34,424 nucleotides of DNA from Bacteroidales bacterium (GTDB lineage: Bacteria; Bacteroidota; Bacteroidia; Bacteroidales; WCHB1-69). Below are positions 23,259 through 33,572 of this stretch, piece after piece. The stretch covers positions 1-34,424 of the forward strand of contig JAAYQB010000115.1 in NCBI GenBank assembly GCA_012519525.1, read 5' to 3'. The notes under the pieces were generated by a model. That model saw only the letters and a list, made by a program, of their open reading frames with translations. It did no database searches and was not told the DNA's origin. Positions within the stretch are counted from its first letter, which is position 1, and every line of letters starts with the position of its first letter. The position numbers and the translations under genes are program-made.

Positions 23259-25877
23259 TTAAAGATTGTTTAACTTTTCTTCCAACAAACGTTTTTTCTC
23301 TATAGCATCGGCTAACTTCTTACGTTCCAACTCTATAATTTTATCCGGTGCATTTTTAATAAAGTTTTCGTTGCTTAGCTTTTTGTTGACGGCATTGATA
23401 AAGCCTTGCGTATAATCTATTTCGCTTTTCAATTTCTGCTCTACTTCCGCTTTGTCTATCTTGGCTTGGTAAGGAATAAAAAACTCTTGATTTTGAACGA
23501 TAAAGCTTAAGCTATCTTCTACTTTCTCACTTACTTCTTTTAATTCGGAAAGATTGCATAGTTTTATTAATACCTCGCTATAAAAAGTTTTTTTATCGTT
23601 TGATAAAACAAACAATTTCAAACTTTCTTTTGGCGGTATATTCTGTTCGTTACGCAATCTTCTCACCTGCTCAACTATCTGCATAGTAAAGGAAAAATCG
23701 TTTAAAATACTAAGATTAATTTCTTCTACCTCAGGCATATTGCTTACGATGATATCGCCTTCATCATTCCCTTTGAGTGCATGCCATACTTCTTCCGTAA
23801 TAAAAGGCATAAAAGGATGTAAGACTTGCATTAATTTGGCAAACAAGTCAATAGTTACCTGATAGGTAGTTCTATCAATCGGCTGTTGGTAAGCAGGTTT
23901 CACTATTTCTAAGTAAGTGGAACAAAAATCGTCCCATATACATTTGTAAATGTTCATCAAAGCCTCCGACAAGCGATATTTTGAAAAATCATCTTCAATA
24001 TTGCTCATTACCTGATTAAGACGTGATTGCATCCATGCAGCTGCTGTTTGCGAAGCGGCAGGAACGCCAATCTTATCGTCTACCTTCCAAGTTGTAAGAA
24101 GTCGCAAAGCATTCCATATTTTATTATTAAAATTACGTCCTTGCTCGCAAAGGCTTTCGTCAAACATTAAATCATTCCCCGCAGGCGAACTTAAAAGCAT
24201 TCCCATACGAACACCATCGGCACCGTAAATATCCATTAACTCAATCGGGTCGGGTGAATTACCCAAGGATTTCGACATTTTTCTGCGTAATTTATCCCTC
24301 ACCATTCCCGTAAAATACACATGGCGGAAAGGAATTTCTTTTCTATACTCCATGCCTGCCATTATCATTCTGGCTACCCAAAAAAAGATAATATCGGTAG
24401 CGGTAACCAAGGTAGCCGTAGGATAATAATAGTTAATATCTTCATTGTCAGGATAACGAATGCCATCAAATACGGAAATGGGCCACAACCATGAAGAAAA
24501 CCAAGTGTCTAAAACATCTTCGTCTTGTTTTAAATCGTTGATAGAAAGTTGCAAGTCCGGATATTTTTCCTTGGCAATTGCAAAAGCCTCTTCTAACGAT
24601 GCGGCAACAACTATTTCGTTGTTCGGCAAATAATAAGCAGGAATACGATGTCCCCACCATAATTGACGGCTTATGCACCAATCTTTAACATTCTCCATCC
24701 AGTGATTATACACATTTTTAAGCTTTTCGGGAAAAAATTGTATGATGTCGTCGGCAACAACTTTAAGTGCGGGCTGCGCTAAGGTTTCCATTTTACAAAA
24801 CCATTGTTGCGAAAGTTTTGGTTCTATGACCTCCTGTGTACGTTCCGAAAAGCCGACTTTATTCACATAATCTTCTATTTTAACCAAATTGCCCTCTTTC
24901 TCTAAAAGCGGCACTATTGCTTCGCGTGCTTTGAAACGGTCAACACCTACAAGTAATTGAGCATCTTCGTTTAAAGTCCCATTATCATTAAAAATATTGA
25001 CAGTTTCCAAATTGTGTTTTATTCCCAATTGATAATCGTTGATGTCGTGTGCGGGGGTAATTTTTAAAGCTCCCGTACCGAATTCTTTATCAACATATTC
25101 ATCAAAAATTAAAGGAACCGAACGCTTGATTAAAGGCACTAAAACTCTTTTTCCCTTTAAATGCGTATAACGCTCATCGTCGGGATGTACACACACAGCC
25201 GTATCGCCCAGAATCGTTTCGGGACGTGTAGTAGCTATGGTAATATATTCATTATCCGATTTTTCAATTTTATATCGTACATAATACAATTTCGATTTCA
25301 CTTCTTGATACACCACTTCTTCGTCGGAAACAGCCGTCAGAGCTTTCGGGTCCCAATTTACCATTCGGACGCCACGATAAATCAAGCCTTTATTGTACAA
25401 ATCAATAAAAACAGCCATAACCGATTCGGAAAGGACTTCGTCCATTGTAAAACGAGTTCGCTCCCAATCGCATGAGACTCCTAACTTTTTTAACTGCTGA
25501 AGAATAATGCCTCCGTGTTTTTCTTTCCATTCCCATGCGTGTTTCAAAAAATCTTCTCGTGAAATATTTTTCTTTTCTATCCCCTTTTTTTGCAATAACT
25601 CAACAACTTTGGCTTCCGTGGCAATCGAGGCATGGTCGGTACCCGGCACCCAACAAACATTGAATCCTTTCATTCTTGCTCTACGAATCAAAATATCTTG
25701 TATCGTGTTGTTTAACATATGTCCCATATGCAAAACACCGGTAACATTAGGGGGTGGAATAACAATAGAATAAGGAAGACGATGATCGGGTTGCGAATGA
25801 AAATAGCCCTTTTCCATCCAATGCCGATACCATTTGTCTTCTATTAACTGCGGATTATATTTTGATGAAACTTCCAT
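23259..25877 (-). CDS. valS: Valyl-tRNA synthetase
   Basis: MEVSSKYNPQLIEDKWYRHW..., PPPNVTGVLHMGHMLN (HIGH), RRKMSKSLGN (KMSKS) and a C-terminal coiled coil. The start is set at 25877 because a -7 box lies inside the extended track ORF. Confidence 0.97.
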   Translation of the reverse strand: MEVSSKYNPQLIEDKWYRHWMEKGYFHSQPDHRLPYSIVIPPPNVTGVLHMGHMLNNTIQDILIRRARMKGFNVCWVPGTDHASIATEAKVVELLQKKGIEKKNISREDFLKHAWEWKEKHGGIILQQLKKLGVSCDWERTRFTMDEVLSESVMAVFIDLYNKGLIYRGVRMVNWDPKALTAVSDEEVVYQEVKSKLYYVRYKIEKSDNEYITIATTRPETILGDTAVCVHPDDERYTHLKGKRVLVPLIKRSVPLIFDEYVDKEFGTGALKITPAHDINDYQLGIKHNLETVNIFNDNGTLNEDAQLLVGVDRFKAREAIVPLLEKEGNLVKIEDYVNKVGFSERTQEVIEPKLSQQWFCKMETLAQPALKVVADDIIQFFPEKLKNVYNHWMENVKDWCISRQLWWGHRIPAYYLPNNEIVVAASLEEAFAIAKEKYPDLQLSINDLKQDEDVLDTWFSSWLWPISVFDGIRYPDNEDINYYYPTATLVTATDIIFFWVARMIMAGMEYRKEIPFRHVYFTGMVRDKLRRKMSKSLGNSPDPIELMDIYGADGVRMGMLLSSPAGNDLMFDESLCEQGRNFNNKIWNALRLLTTWKVDDKIGVPAASQTAAAWMQSRLNQVMSNIEDDFSKYRLSEALMNIYKCIWDDFCSTYLEIVKPAYQQPIDRTTYQVTIDLFAKLMQVLHPFMPFITEEVWHALKGNDEGDIIVSNMPEVEEINLSILNDFSFTMQIVEQVRRLRNEQNIPPKESLKLFVLSNDKKTFYSEVLIKLCNLSELKEVSEKVEDSLSFIVQNQEFFIPYQAKIDKAEVEQKLKSEIDYTQGFINAVNKKLSNENFIKNAPDKIIELERKKLADAIEKKRLLEEKLNNL

Positions 25878-25897
25878 GTATGTATTTTTAAAGAGTG

Positions 25898-25905
25898 CAA
25901 AAATA
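25898..25905 (-). promoter_or_regulatory. Bacteroidetes -7 box (TATTTTTG on the minus strand) upstream of valS
   Basis: The plus strand reads caaaaata, 21 nt upstream of the Met at 25877. This supports the shorter valS start. Confidence 0.4.
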
Positions 25906-25985
25906 CATCTTTTTTGCATATATAACCTACGTATTTTGAAAGATAAAGAGATTTTTAACGGATTTTAACAATAAGAAAATGAATA

Positions 25986-26870
25986 TTAAATATTTTCGAT
26001 TGCTTCTTCAGGGCTTATCCATTGATAAGTCGTATCGCGTTTAAACCAAGTAATTTGACGTTTAGCATAACGTCGCGTGTGGGTTTTAATGTTTGCAATG
26101 CTTTCTTCCAAAGTGGATTTCCCTTCTAAATACTCAAAAATCTCCTTGTATCCCACTGTGTTAAGTGCATTCAAGTAACGAAGAGGATACAATGCCTTTG
26201 CTTCTTCTATCAATCCTTGTGCTATCATTTGGTCGGTGCGACGGTTGATACGTTGATACAATATTTCGCGAGCTACATCTAAACAATATTTTTTGACAGT
26301 AAACTGCCTTTCTTTCTGATTTTGTTTACGTTGCGAACTGTAGGTCTTTCCCGTTTGCAAGCAAACCTCTACGGCTCTCAGAATACGATGAGGGTTGTTT
26401 TTATCAACAATTTCATAATATGCCGGGTCTAATTCGGATAATTGTTGCAACAAGACATCTATTCTATTGTTTCGAATATGCTCCGTTAACTCTTTACGTA
26501 AATGAGGGTCTGGGTCAGGGAAATCATCCACCCCGTAGCAAAGTGCATCTATGTACAAACCGCTTCCTCCGCAAGCTATTACCGTGTCTTTTGTCTGAAA
26601 ACATTCATTCAACACCGACAAAGCATCGGTTTCAAATTTATAAATATTATAATAGTCATGCACCGACAAATGTCCTATAAAATAATGCTTTACCTGCTTT
26701 AAGTCTTCATCGGAAGGAACTGCCGTTCCTATTTTCATTTCCTTATAGAATTGACGGGAATCGGTTGAAATAACACAAGTATTATAACGCTTTGCCAATG
26801 CAATACTTACGTCTGTTTTGCCTGAAGCAGTAGGTCCTGCAATAAGTAGTAAGGTTTTATTTGTTTTCAC
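25986..26870 (-). CDS. miaA: tRNA dimethylallyltransferase
   Basis: 294 aa. LLIAGPTASGKTDVSIALAKRY P-loop, then ISTDSRQFYKEMKIGTA. Confidence 0.93.
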   Translation of the reverse strand: MKTNKTLLLIAGPTASGKTDVSIALAKRYNTCVISTDSRQFYKEMKIGTAVPSDEDLKQVKHYFIGHLSVHDYYNIYKFETDALSVLNECFQTKDTVIACGGSGLYIDALCYGVDDFPDPDPHLRKELTEHIRNNRIDVLLQQLSELDPAYYEIVDKNNPHRILRAVEVCLQTGKTYSSQRKQNQKERQFTVKKYCLDVAREILYQRINRRTDQMIAQGLIEEAKALYPLRYLNALNTVGYKEIFEYLEGKSTLEESIANIKTHTRRYAKRQITWFKRDTTYQWISPEEAIENI

Positions 26871-26878
26871 CCAAGCAA

Positions 26879-27484
26879 CTACAAATTAGGATTATCGATG
26901 AAATCAGAGGTAAAACCGTCTAATTCATTTTCATCGAAATACACTTCATCATCATCTTCGTCTATGTTTTCATCTGTCGAAGTAGAATTTTCTTCTGCAA
27001 ACAACTCATTATCATGTGTTATCAAAATATTTTTTTGAGGCAATTCACCTGAACTGAATATACAAACGGGATATTTTTTATTAGGTTTTGCTTCGTAGGA
27101 TTTGAGCAATTCTATATAAAAAGTTCGTAGATTCAAAAAATCATGTTCGTAGATAATACGCTGATGAGGATCGTCCATATAATCGCTCAAAACGGCATTT
27201 TCCATCGTAATCATGGGTTCTATAGCAGGTGCATTTTCATCTTCTTCCATTAGCTCTTCGGGTTCATCCATATCGGTCGACATATCTACCAATGTTATTT
27301 CACGACGTTTGTTCCACTTACGGTCGCAGATATGAAAAGATGCCAACTCTTCGGAACTCAAGCCATTAATGCTAGCTATAATCGCATTATGGAAATCTTT
27401 AAAACTATGTTTTGCACATATTTCGTAATCTCTTACAAAATCGTCTACATCATCAAATAATAGTCGGAATTTATATACGTACAT
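26879..27484 (-). CDS. Hypothetical protein, possibly pRiA4b ORF-3-like N-terminal domain with a strongly acidic tail
   Basis: 201 aa. The N-terminus YKFRLLFDDVDDFVRDYEICAKHSFKDFHNAIIASINGL...SFHI follows the pattern of PF07929-type domains. The C-terminus is rich in D/E. It lies 8 nt upstream of miaA, so the two are probably co-transcribed. Confidence 0.35.
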   Translation of the reverse strand: MYVYKFRLLFDDVDDFVRDYEICAKHSFKDFHNAIIASINGLSSEELASFHICDRKWNKRREITLVDMSTDMDEPEELMEEDENAPAIEPMITMENAVLSDYMDDPHQRIIYEHDFLNLRTFYIELLKSYEAKPNKKYPVCIFSSGELPQKNILITHDNELFAEENSTSTDENIDEDDDEVYFDENELDGFTSDFIDNPNL

Positions 27485-27546
27485 AATGATATTTTTTTTA
27501 CAAAAGTATATTTTTTTTTATCACAAAAAGACAATTCATGCAATAT

Positions 27547-28950
27547 TTATTCTTCATCTGCAAACATAGGATCCCAAGGGGGAAGTTGTATGGGTTTTTG
27601 ATTGAAATAATCCAATAGGACTTTCTTAACGTACTTCTTTTCGACAACAAGGCGAAACATATATTCGTCAAACCATTCATCGGTCATGATTAAAAAACCA
27701 TTGTGTCCTATGGTTCCCCAGCTGTTTTCGATTAACCACTTGATGGGTTTTCCCTCTTTATCAAGATCGACACCGCACAAACTCATTGCATGAGCCGAGC
27801 TACTTGCAAAGGTTTCAATGCGTTGCTTTTTATTCATTGAAAAAGTAGTGCCTAATAAAGAAGCGTAATCGTAGTTATTGATATCAAGACTTCCATTATC
27901 GCGATAAAAAAACTTACCCACATCGCAGGAAAAATACATACTCGTACTGTCTTTAAGAGAAGCTATTGCCATTTCTTTAATGTCTTCCATCGGCAAATTA
28001 AGGTATTTCCAATTCCCGCCGTCATACACATGGCGGTCATATTCAATCTCATACACTTTATAATATTCGCGTGTAGGATCGTTCATAAACATTAAATAAT
28101 TGCTTAAATCTTCGTTTACATATTCTTTATAAAAAGTCAAAGGTGTATATTCTTTTGTATGAATCGGTTTGCCGCTGTTGTCTTTCAATGTCCATGTAAA
28201 ATCAGTTGGCGGTTGACCTAAATTCAACACCAATATTCTGTAAACAGTTGCCAGCATTTCGGTTTTTCTTTTCAATAATGCGGCTTCGTTCATATTTTTT
28301 TGACTTCCCATTTCACGCAATTCCAAACCATATTCTCTTAATTTTAAAGATAATAAGTTACTCATACGCCCTGTGTTTTCGCTCGTATTGGTTTCGGGCA
28401 TAATTTCTTTAGGAACAAGACCGTATTTTGTAACCAAATCTTTGACACCGGTAAATTGTCCCCCATCTCCTATCGGATTTTTAAACAGCCATTCTACCGT
28501 TTTATCGTTTTTATCTTTATGACGCGTATCAATAATGGCTTGCAAAAACAAATTTGACTTTTCCAATTGATCCCAAAAGAAAACATAGTTTTGAGAAAAT
28601 TCAAAATTACTTAAATTATACTTAGCTATCATCTTAGCTCTGAAGACATTCAATCCGGTAAAAATCCAACACCTACCCGAAGATTTTTGATTGGTCATGC
28701 CTTTGATATTCACTTTATTTGAAAAATAAGTATCTACATTTTTCACAACTTCATTATTGGCAGCCAATTTATTAATATCATTATTGGCTATTGCATTTCG
28801 CAAGGCTTTGTCTTCGGCTGTATTTTTATAGGCTTTACTTATTTCTTCCAACATTTTACTATCAATCCCTTTGGTGTTTTGCTGAGCATATAGCTGTGTG
28901 AAAACAACAAATAACAACAAAAATAAACTTAAACTTCTCTTTTTTAACAT
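27547..28950 (-). CDS. pepC: Aminopeptidase C / bleomycin hydrolase family cysteine peptidase (C1B), with signal peptide
   Basis: 467 aa. The active-site context is QKSSGRCWIFTGLN. The signal peptide is MLKKRSLSLFLLLFVVFTQLYAQ. Confidence 0.85.
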   Translation of the reverse strand: MLKKRSLSLFLLLFVVFTQLYAQQNTKGIDSKMLEEISKAYKNTAEDKALRNAIANNDINKLAANNEVVKNVDTYFSNKVNIKGMTNQKSSGRCWIFTGLNVFRAKMIAKYNLSNFEFSQNYVFFWDQLEKSNLFLQAIIDTRHKDKNDKTVEWLFKNPIGDGGQFTGVKDLVTKYGLVPKEIMPETNTSENTGRMSNLLSLKLREYGLELREMGSQKNMNEAALLKRKTEMLATVYRILVLNLGQPPTDFTWTLKDNSGKPIHTKEYTPLTFYKEYVNEDLSNYLMFMNDPTREYYKVYEIEYDRHVYDGGNWKYLNLPMEDIKEMAIASLKDSTSMYFSCDVGKFFYRDNGSLDINNYDYASLLGTTFSMNKKQRIETFASSSAHAMSLCGVDLDKEGKPIKWLIENSWGTIGHNGFLIMTDEWFDEYMFRLVVEKKYVKKVLLDYFNQKPIQLPPWDPMFADEE

Positions 28951-29095
28951 ATTATTTTATTTTTTTAATTTCTACAAAAATAGTATAAAAATTTTTAATT
29001 ACGGACAAAGGCATAAAAATTTGTGAAGTTAATAAAGAAAAACAAATACATCCACATTTTAGCCCTTGCCGTCTTTCAAGCTCAGTATTAAGTCA

Positions 29096-29611
29096 TTACT
29101 GCAATATGCAAACGGCAGCTTGTTTAAATTTTGTTGCTTCTTTCACTTTAACACTGATATCAAAAGTAGTGTTTTGTATTTCTACCCTTCCGAAAGTAAG
29201 CATCTGTTCCGACATTTTTTGAATGTCTTCGGGTGAAATATCGTATTTAATACGGTAAACCACTACCACCACAAATCCAGCCAATTCGGCTTTAGGCGTA
29301 ACTTTCTCTTTGGATACCAAATTAATTAACTCTCCGTTAGCCAACTTTAACACAAGCGGACTTCCTTTTTCCAAATCTTCCGTCAATTGACCGGCTGCTT
29401 TTTCAAAACGAAGTTCCAAACAATAACTTTTATCTTCCTTATGCAAAGTAATTTCCCAATCACTGTCTAATTCGACACTGATTCCTTTAACGGCTTTTCC
29501 CGTTATTTCATCAACTTTGTCATAATTGTATTTGCACTTTTGTGCTTGTAGCATACTGCTTATTGCCAAAAAGGCAATCATAATTCCCGAAATTTTAATG
29601 TGTGTTCTCAT
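29096..29611 (-). CDS. Secreted protein, unknown function
   Basis: 171 aa with the signal peptide MRTHIKISGIMIAFLAISSMLQAQ. A -7 box (caaaagta on the plus strand) lies at 29636-29643. Confidence 0.6.
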   Translation of the reverse strand: MRTHIKISGIMIAFLAISSMLQAQKCKYNYDKVDEITGKAVKGISVELDSDWEITLHKEDKSYCLELRFEKAAGQLTEDLEKGSPLVLKLANGELINLVSKEKVTPKAELAGFVVVVVYRIKYDISPEDIQKMSEQMLTFGRVEIQNTTFDISVKVKEATKFKQAAVCILQ

Positions 29612-29737
29612 CTTGTTTATAACTTATATTTTTTACAAAAGTAGTATTTTTTTTTATCAAATTGTTTTTATTTCTTATTTTTCAAAAAAAACACATAAAA
29701 TAGTGTAGCATTTGTCGTAACAAAAGAAATAAATGAG

Positions 29738-29745
29738 TATCTTTG
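29738..29745 (+). promoter_or_regulatory. Bacteroidetes -7 box (TATCTTTG) upstream of the LKR-like gene
   Basis: TAnnTTTG match, 44 nt upstream of the ATG at 29789. Confidence 0.4.
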
Positions 29746-29788
29746 CATTTCAAATTCAATTTTAAATTAAAGCTAAATATATAAACGT

Positions 29789-31105
29789 ATGAAACGAATA
29801 GGTATCAGAGACGAAGACAAATACGCAATGGAACGCCGTTCGGCATTAACTCCCAAGCATGCACAAGCTCTTATCGAAAAACATGGAATTCAAATAGATG
29901 TATTATCTTCTAAAAAAAGAGCTTTTACCGATAAAGAGTTTTTGGAAAAAGGATGCAATATAGTTGATAACTTGGATGACAACCGCATTATATTCGGTAT
30001 CAAAGAAATACCTATTGATAAAATTGCTTCCGATAAGACCTATATTATTTTTTCACATGTTATTAAAGGGCAAGCACACAATATGCCTATGTTGAAAAAA
30101 TTTATGGAAAAAAAATGTAGTTTAATTGATTATGAATGCATTGTTGATGACAACAACAAACGTTTAATCTTTTTCGGACATTATGCAGGTTTGGCAGGAA
30201 CCATTAATACGCTTTGGGCTTTCGGTTTGCGAACAGCACATTTAGGCATAACCACTCCTTTTGAAAAATTACGTCAAACACACACCTACTTCTCTTTAGA
30301 CGAAGCACTCGAAACCATAAAAGAAATAGGAAAAGACATTACAACCAATGGATTACCTAAAGAATTACTGCCTTTAACCATTGGCATTACAGGTTATGGC
30401 AACGTATCGAAAGGTGCACAAGAAATATTAAAGCATTTGCCTGTTATAGAAATTACACCGGAAGAATTGTTAGAACTGAAGCAAAAAGCTACTTATTCCG
30501 ATAAACATATTTATAAAATTGTCTTTTACGAAAAGCACATCGCTAAACATAAAAAAGGTACGGCATTCGATTTGAATGAGTTTTTTACTCAACCAGCTAA
30601 TTTCACAAGCAATTTTAATCAATACACCCCGCATTTGAGTATATTGTTAAATTGTATGTATTGGGACGACAGGTACGACCGACTGATAACAAAAGACTAT
30701 CTTGCAGACTTGTATTCAAATAAAAATCTTCGTTTACACGTTATCGGCGATATCACATGCGACCCCAACGGTTCAATTGAGTTTACCCACATGGGAACCG
30801 AAATTAACGACCCTATCTTTGTGTACCACCCTATCACACGTCAACCTACTTTTGGACACAAAGGCGAAGGTGTTGTGGTTATGGCAGTTGACATTTTACC
30901 CAGCGAGCTTCCTCGTGATTCTTCCAATGCTTTTGCCGATGCACTCACACCTTTTGTCAACGACATCGCTTCTTGTGATTTCTCAGCAGATTATGAAAAT
31001 CTTAGTTTGCCGGCACCTATTAAAAAAGCACTCATTCTTCATAATGGAAAATTAACACCTAAGTACGCATATATACAAGCACATCTCGATAAATTTTCCG
31101 AGTAA
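29789..31105 (+). CDS. Lysine-ketoglutarate reductase / saccharopine dehydrogenase-like (AlaDH/PNT fold) protein
   Basis: 438 aa. The N-terminus IGIRDEDKYAMERRSALTPKHAQALIEKHGIQIDVLSSKKRAFTDKEF parallels the LKR domain pattern (RRED.N.WERR.PL.P.H). There is a GITGYGNVSKGA dinucleotide-binding-like loop. Confidence 0.6.
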   Translation: MKRIGIRDEDKYAMERRSALTPKHAQALIEKHGIQIDVLSSKKRAFTDKEFLEKGCNIVDNLDDNRIIFGIKEIPIDKIASDKTYIIFSHVIKGQAHNMPMLKKFMEKKCSLIDYECIVDDNNKRLIFFGHYAGLAGTINTLWAFGLRTAHLGITTPFEKLRQTHTYFSLDEALETIKEIGKDITTNGLPKELLPLTIGITGYGNVSKGAQEILKHLPVIEITPEELLELKQKATYSDKHIYKIVFYEKHIAKHKKGTAFDLNEFFTQPANFTSNFNQYTPHLSILLNCMYWDDRYDRLITKDYLADLYSNKNLRLHVIGDITCDPNGSIEFTHMGTEINDPIFVYHPITRQPTFGHKGEGVVVMAVDILPSELPRDSSNAFADALTPFVNDIASCDFSADYENLSLPAPIKKALILHNGKLTPKYAYIQAHLDKFSE

Positions 31106-31117
31106 CACAACAGAAAA

Positions 31118-31621
31118 ATGAAAAACTTTAGTTTTCAATTATCAAAAAAAAAAGTTGTCATTATAGGATGTTGTTTGATTTTTTTACTGTTGATTATTAA
31201 CCGTATACGTATATGGTATCAATTTAATAAAATAAAAGGCATATACATTGAATGGACAAGTGCCGGTAAAAATGCCAATATAGCTTATTTACTTGATTTT
31301 TTTCAAGACACTGCCTTTGTGCAAAGTATGATAAGCGACATACACACTCCTTATACGATTGGATATATTGATAAACAACACAATGCATACAAGCAATTGG
31401 ATTATACGCTTCTGTTAAAAAGCGGAAGTAAAATTACCGTATTAGCCAATAAAGAAAACAAAGAAGATGTACGCGAATTTGTTTTCTTTTCGTTTTGGCT
31501 TCCTTATATCATTATTGCTATTGCTATTTGTGGGGTTTGGGCTTTGATACTGCATGTGTTTTTTGAAAGAACAGATAAATTCATTTATTCTTTTCGGAAA
31601 AATAAAGAAAACGAAATGTAA
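31118..31621 (+). CDS. Small membrane protein, unknown function
   Basis: 167 aa with one N-terminal and one C-terminal hydrophobic segment. Confidence 0.5.
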   Translation: MKNFSFQLSKKKVVIIGCCLIFLLLIINRIRIWYQFNKIKGIYIEWTSAGKNANIAYLLDFFQDTAFVQSMISDIHTPYTIGYIDKQHNAYKQLDYTLLLKSGSKITVLANKENKEDVREFVFFSFWLPYIIIAIAICGVWALILHVFFERTDKFIYSFRKNKENEM

Positions 31622-31664
31622 TTTTTTTATACATTTGTACGTTAATTTTTTTTAATAAAAATTT

Positions 31665-32690
31665 ATGATTAAAAAGACAATTATTTTCTTATCGCTTATT
31701 CTTTTTTTATTTACTAATTGTAAAAAGAAGGATTTTAGCTTAAATGGTGAATACGAAGATATTACCATTGTCTATGCTTTATTAAATCCCGACGACACTT
31801 TGCATTATATCAAAGTATATAAAAGTTTTTTGAGCGAAGGCAATATTTACGATGCAGCGAAAGACATTAACAATTATAGTTATATTGACAGTATAGAAGT
31901 TAAAATGGAAGAATACAATGGAAATCAGCTAATTCAAACCATTTATTTCGATACCACTACCAATATTCCAAAAGACAGCGGTATTTTTGCTTATCCTTTG
32001 CAAGTTTTATACACATGCCATGCAAAATTAAACAGAGATTACACTTATAAGCTAATTGTTAGAAACTTATATACTCAAAAAACCACAATTGCCACTTCCG
32101 AAATGGTCGGTACCGTAGGCGTTAAATATCCGGTGTATTATCCCGGAAAAATCAACCATATCACTTTTTTACCCAGAAAACAACAAATAGAATTGGTAAA
32201 AGGAAAAAACATAGCTGTTTGTCAAGCGGCTTACCATTTTTATTATACGGAAGTAAATTATAAAGGCGAACGCCGACAACAAAAACCCGTTATTTGGAAA
32301 GTAGGCGAATCAAAATCGAATTATATTTCCTATGTAGGGGAAACGCTGCTGAAAAAAATAAAAGACGAAGTCAAAGAAAACAAAGATGTGGACTATCGTC
32401 TGACCGACTCCATTGTGTTGCACGTATATACGGAAGCTCATGATTTATACTTATATTTATTAAGCATATCCGCCTCTACGGGTTTAAATCAAGAACGCCT
32501 TGAATACACCAATATGAAGAGCTATCATTACAAAGACAATCAGTTAGTTGAAGACAACAATGCTTTGGGTGTATTTTCGTCAAGAGGGCATTTTTCGTTA
32601 ATGTTTGACGAATTTTCGAAAAACACCAACGATTCATTAGTAAACGGCAGATATACACGACATTTAAAATTTAAAAAATACGATTATTAA
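31665..32690 (+). CDS. Lipoprotein, unknown function
   Basis: 341 aa. The signal plus lipobox is MIKKTIIFLSLILFLFTNC, followed by KKKD. Confidence 0.65.
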   Translation: MIKKTIIFLSLILFLFTNCKKKDFSLNGEYEDITIVYALLNPDDTLHYIKVYKSFLSEGNIYDAAKDINNYSYIDSIEVKMEEYNGNQLIQTIYFDTTTNIPKDSGIFAYPLQVLYTCHAKLNRDYTYKLIVRNLYTQKTTIATSEMVGTVGVKYPVYYPGKINHITFLPRKQQIELVKGKNIAVCQAAYHFYYTEVNYKGERRQQKPVIWKVGESKSNYISYVGETLLKKIKDEVKENKDVDYRLTDSIVLHVYTEAHDLYLYLLSISASTGLNQERLEYTNMKSYHYKDNQLVEDNNALGVFSSRGHFSLMFDEFSKNTNDSLVNGRYTRHLKFKKYDY

Positions 32691-32700
32691 TTAGTTCGGT

Positions 32701-33561
32701 TTGAAAATAAAAGATTTTTTCGATAAGGGTTATAGAGAAGGTTTTAAAGAAAAACTAAAGTTTGTGGTGATGAACAAACACACTTACGAAGAAAAATTCA
32801 GTTTCGATATCACTCTCATTAAAGTTTTTGTTTTCCTTACTATTTCCAGCCTTGTTTTAATAGCCGTTACAACGGTAATTATTACGGTAACTCCTCTTCG
32901 AGAATACATTCCGGGATACGGCAGCAGCAAACATGGGAAAAAAATACTTGTTTTACAATCTCGACTCGATTCTTTGCAAAAGACCATCAATGCTTATGAC
33001 GTATACAAAGAAAACATCAGAAACATATTTGTTACCGAAGATTTTTCGAAAGATACGCTTGCCTTTCAACGGGTAGAACTTAAAAAAAACAAAATAGATA
33101 AATTTGCCTTTTCCAAAGAAGACAGTATGCTAATGCAATTAAAAGTTCGGGATAAAAAATCAATTGCCGACCGCTCAATTGCCGTTGCAAAACACAAAGA
33201 AAAATCCTACGCTTTGTTATATACTCCTTTTTTGGGAAAAATAATTTCGCCATTCAATCCCATTGAAGAACAGTACGGAATTCAGCTTTTATGCGATAGA
33301 AGTTCAGCCATTTTTGCCATTGCATCGGGCAATGTAATATTGGTGAGCAAAAACACCAAAGGCGAAAATATTATTACCATACAACATCCCGGTAATATGA
33401 TAAGCGTTTATAAGTTCAAAGGTGATGTGCTTGAAGGACAAAAAAACATTGTAAAACAAGGACAAATTATAGGGAAAATGTCAAACCTACCCAACGAAAT
33501 CTATTTCGAATTATGGATAAACGGCAAAGCTGTCAATCCCGAAGATTACATTAGCTTCTAA
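32701..33561 (+). CDS. M23/LytM-domain protein with degenerate metal ligands (probable non-catalytic, EnvC/NlpD-like)
   Basis: One TM segment and a coiled region, with a C-terminal LytM-like domain at about 33223-33561. The canonical HxxxD and HxH positions read QYGIQL and EIYFEL. The start is a TTG at 32701, with an alternative ATG at 32770. Confidence 0.6.
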   Translation: MKIKDFFDKGYREGFKEKLKFVVMNKHTYEEKFSFDITLIKVFVFLTISSLVLIAVTTVIITVTPLREYIPGYGSSKHGKKILVLQSRLDSLQKTINAYDVYKENIRNIFVTEDFSKDTLAFQRVELKKNKIDKFAFSKEDSMLMQLKVRDKKSIADRSIAVAKHKEKSYALLYTPFLGKIISPFNPIEEQYGIQLLCDRSSAIFAIASGNVILVSKNTKGENIITIQHPGNMISVYKFKGDVLEGQKNIVKQGQIIGKMSNLPNEIYFELWINGKAVNPEDYISF

Positions 33562-33572
33562 GTCTTTTAGCA

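Noticed and set aside
23254-23261. The convergent EamA and valS stop codons are only 2 nt apart, leaving no room for terminators.
   Set aside because: This is a real observation, but tight convergent packing is common in compact genomes. No further signal, such as a hairpin spanning the gene ends, was seen.
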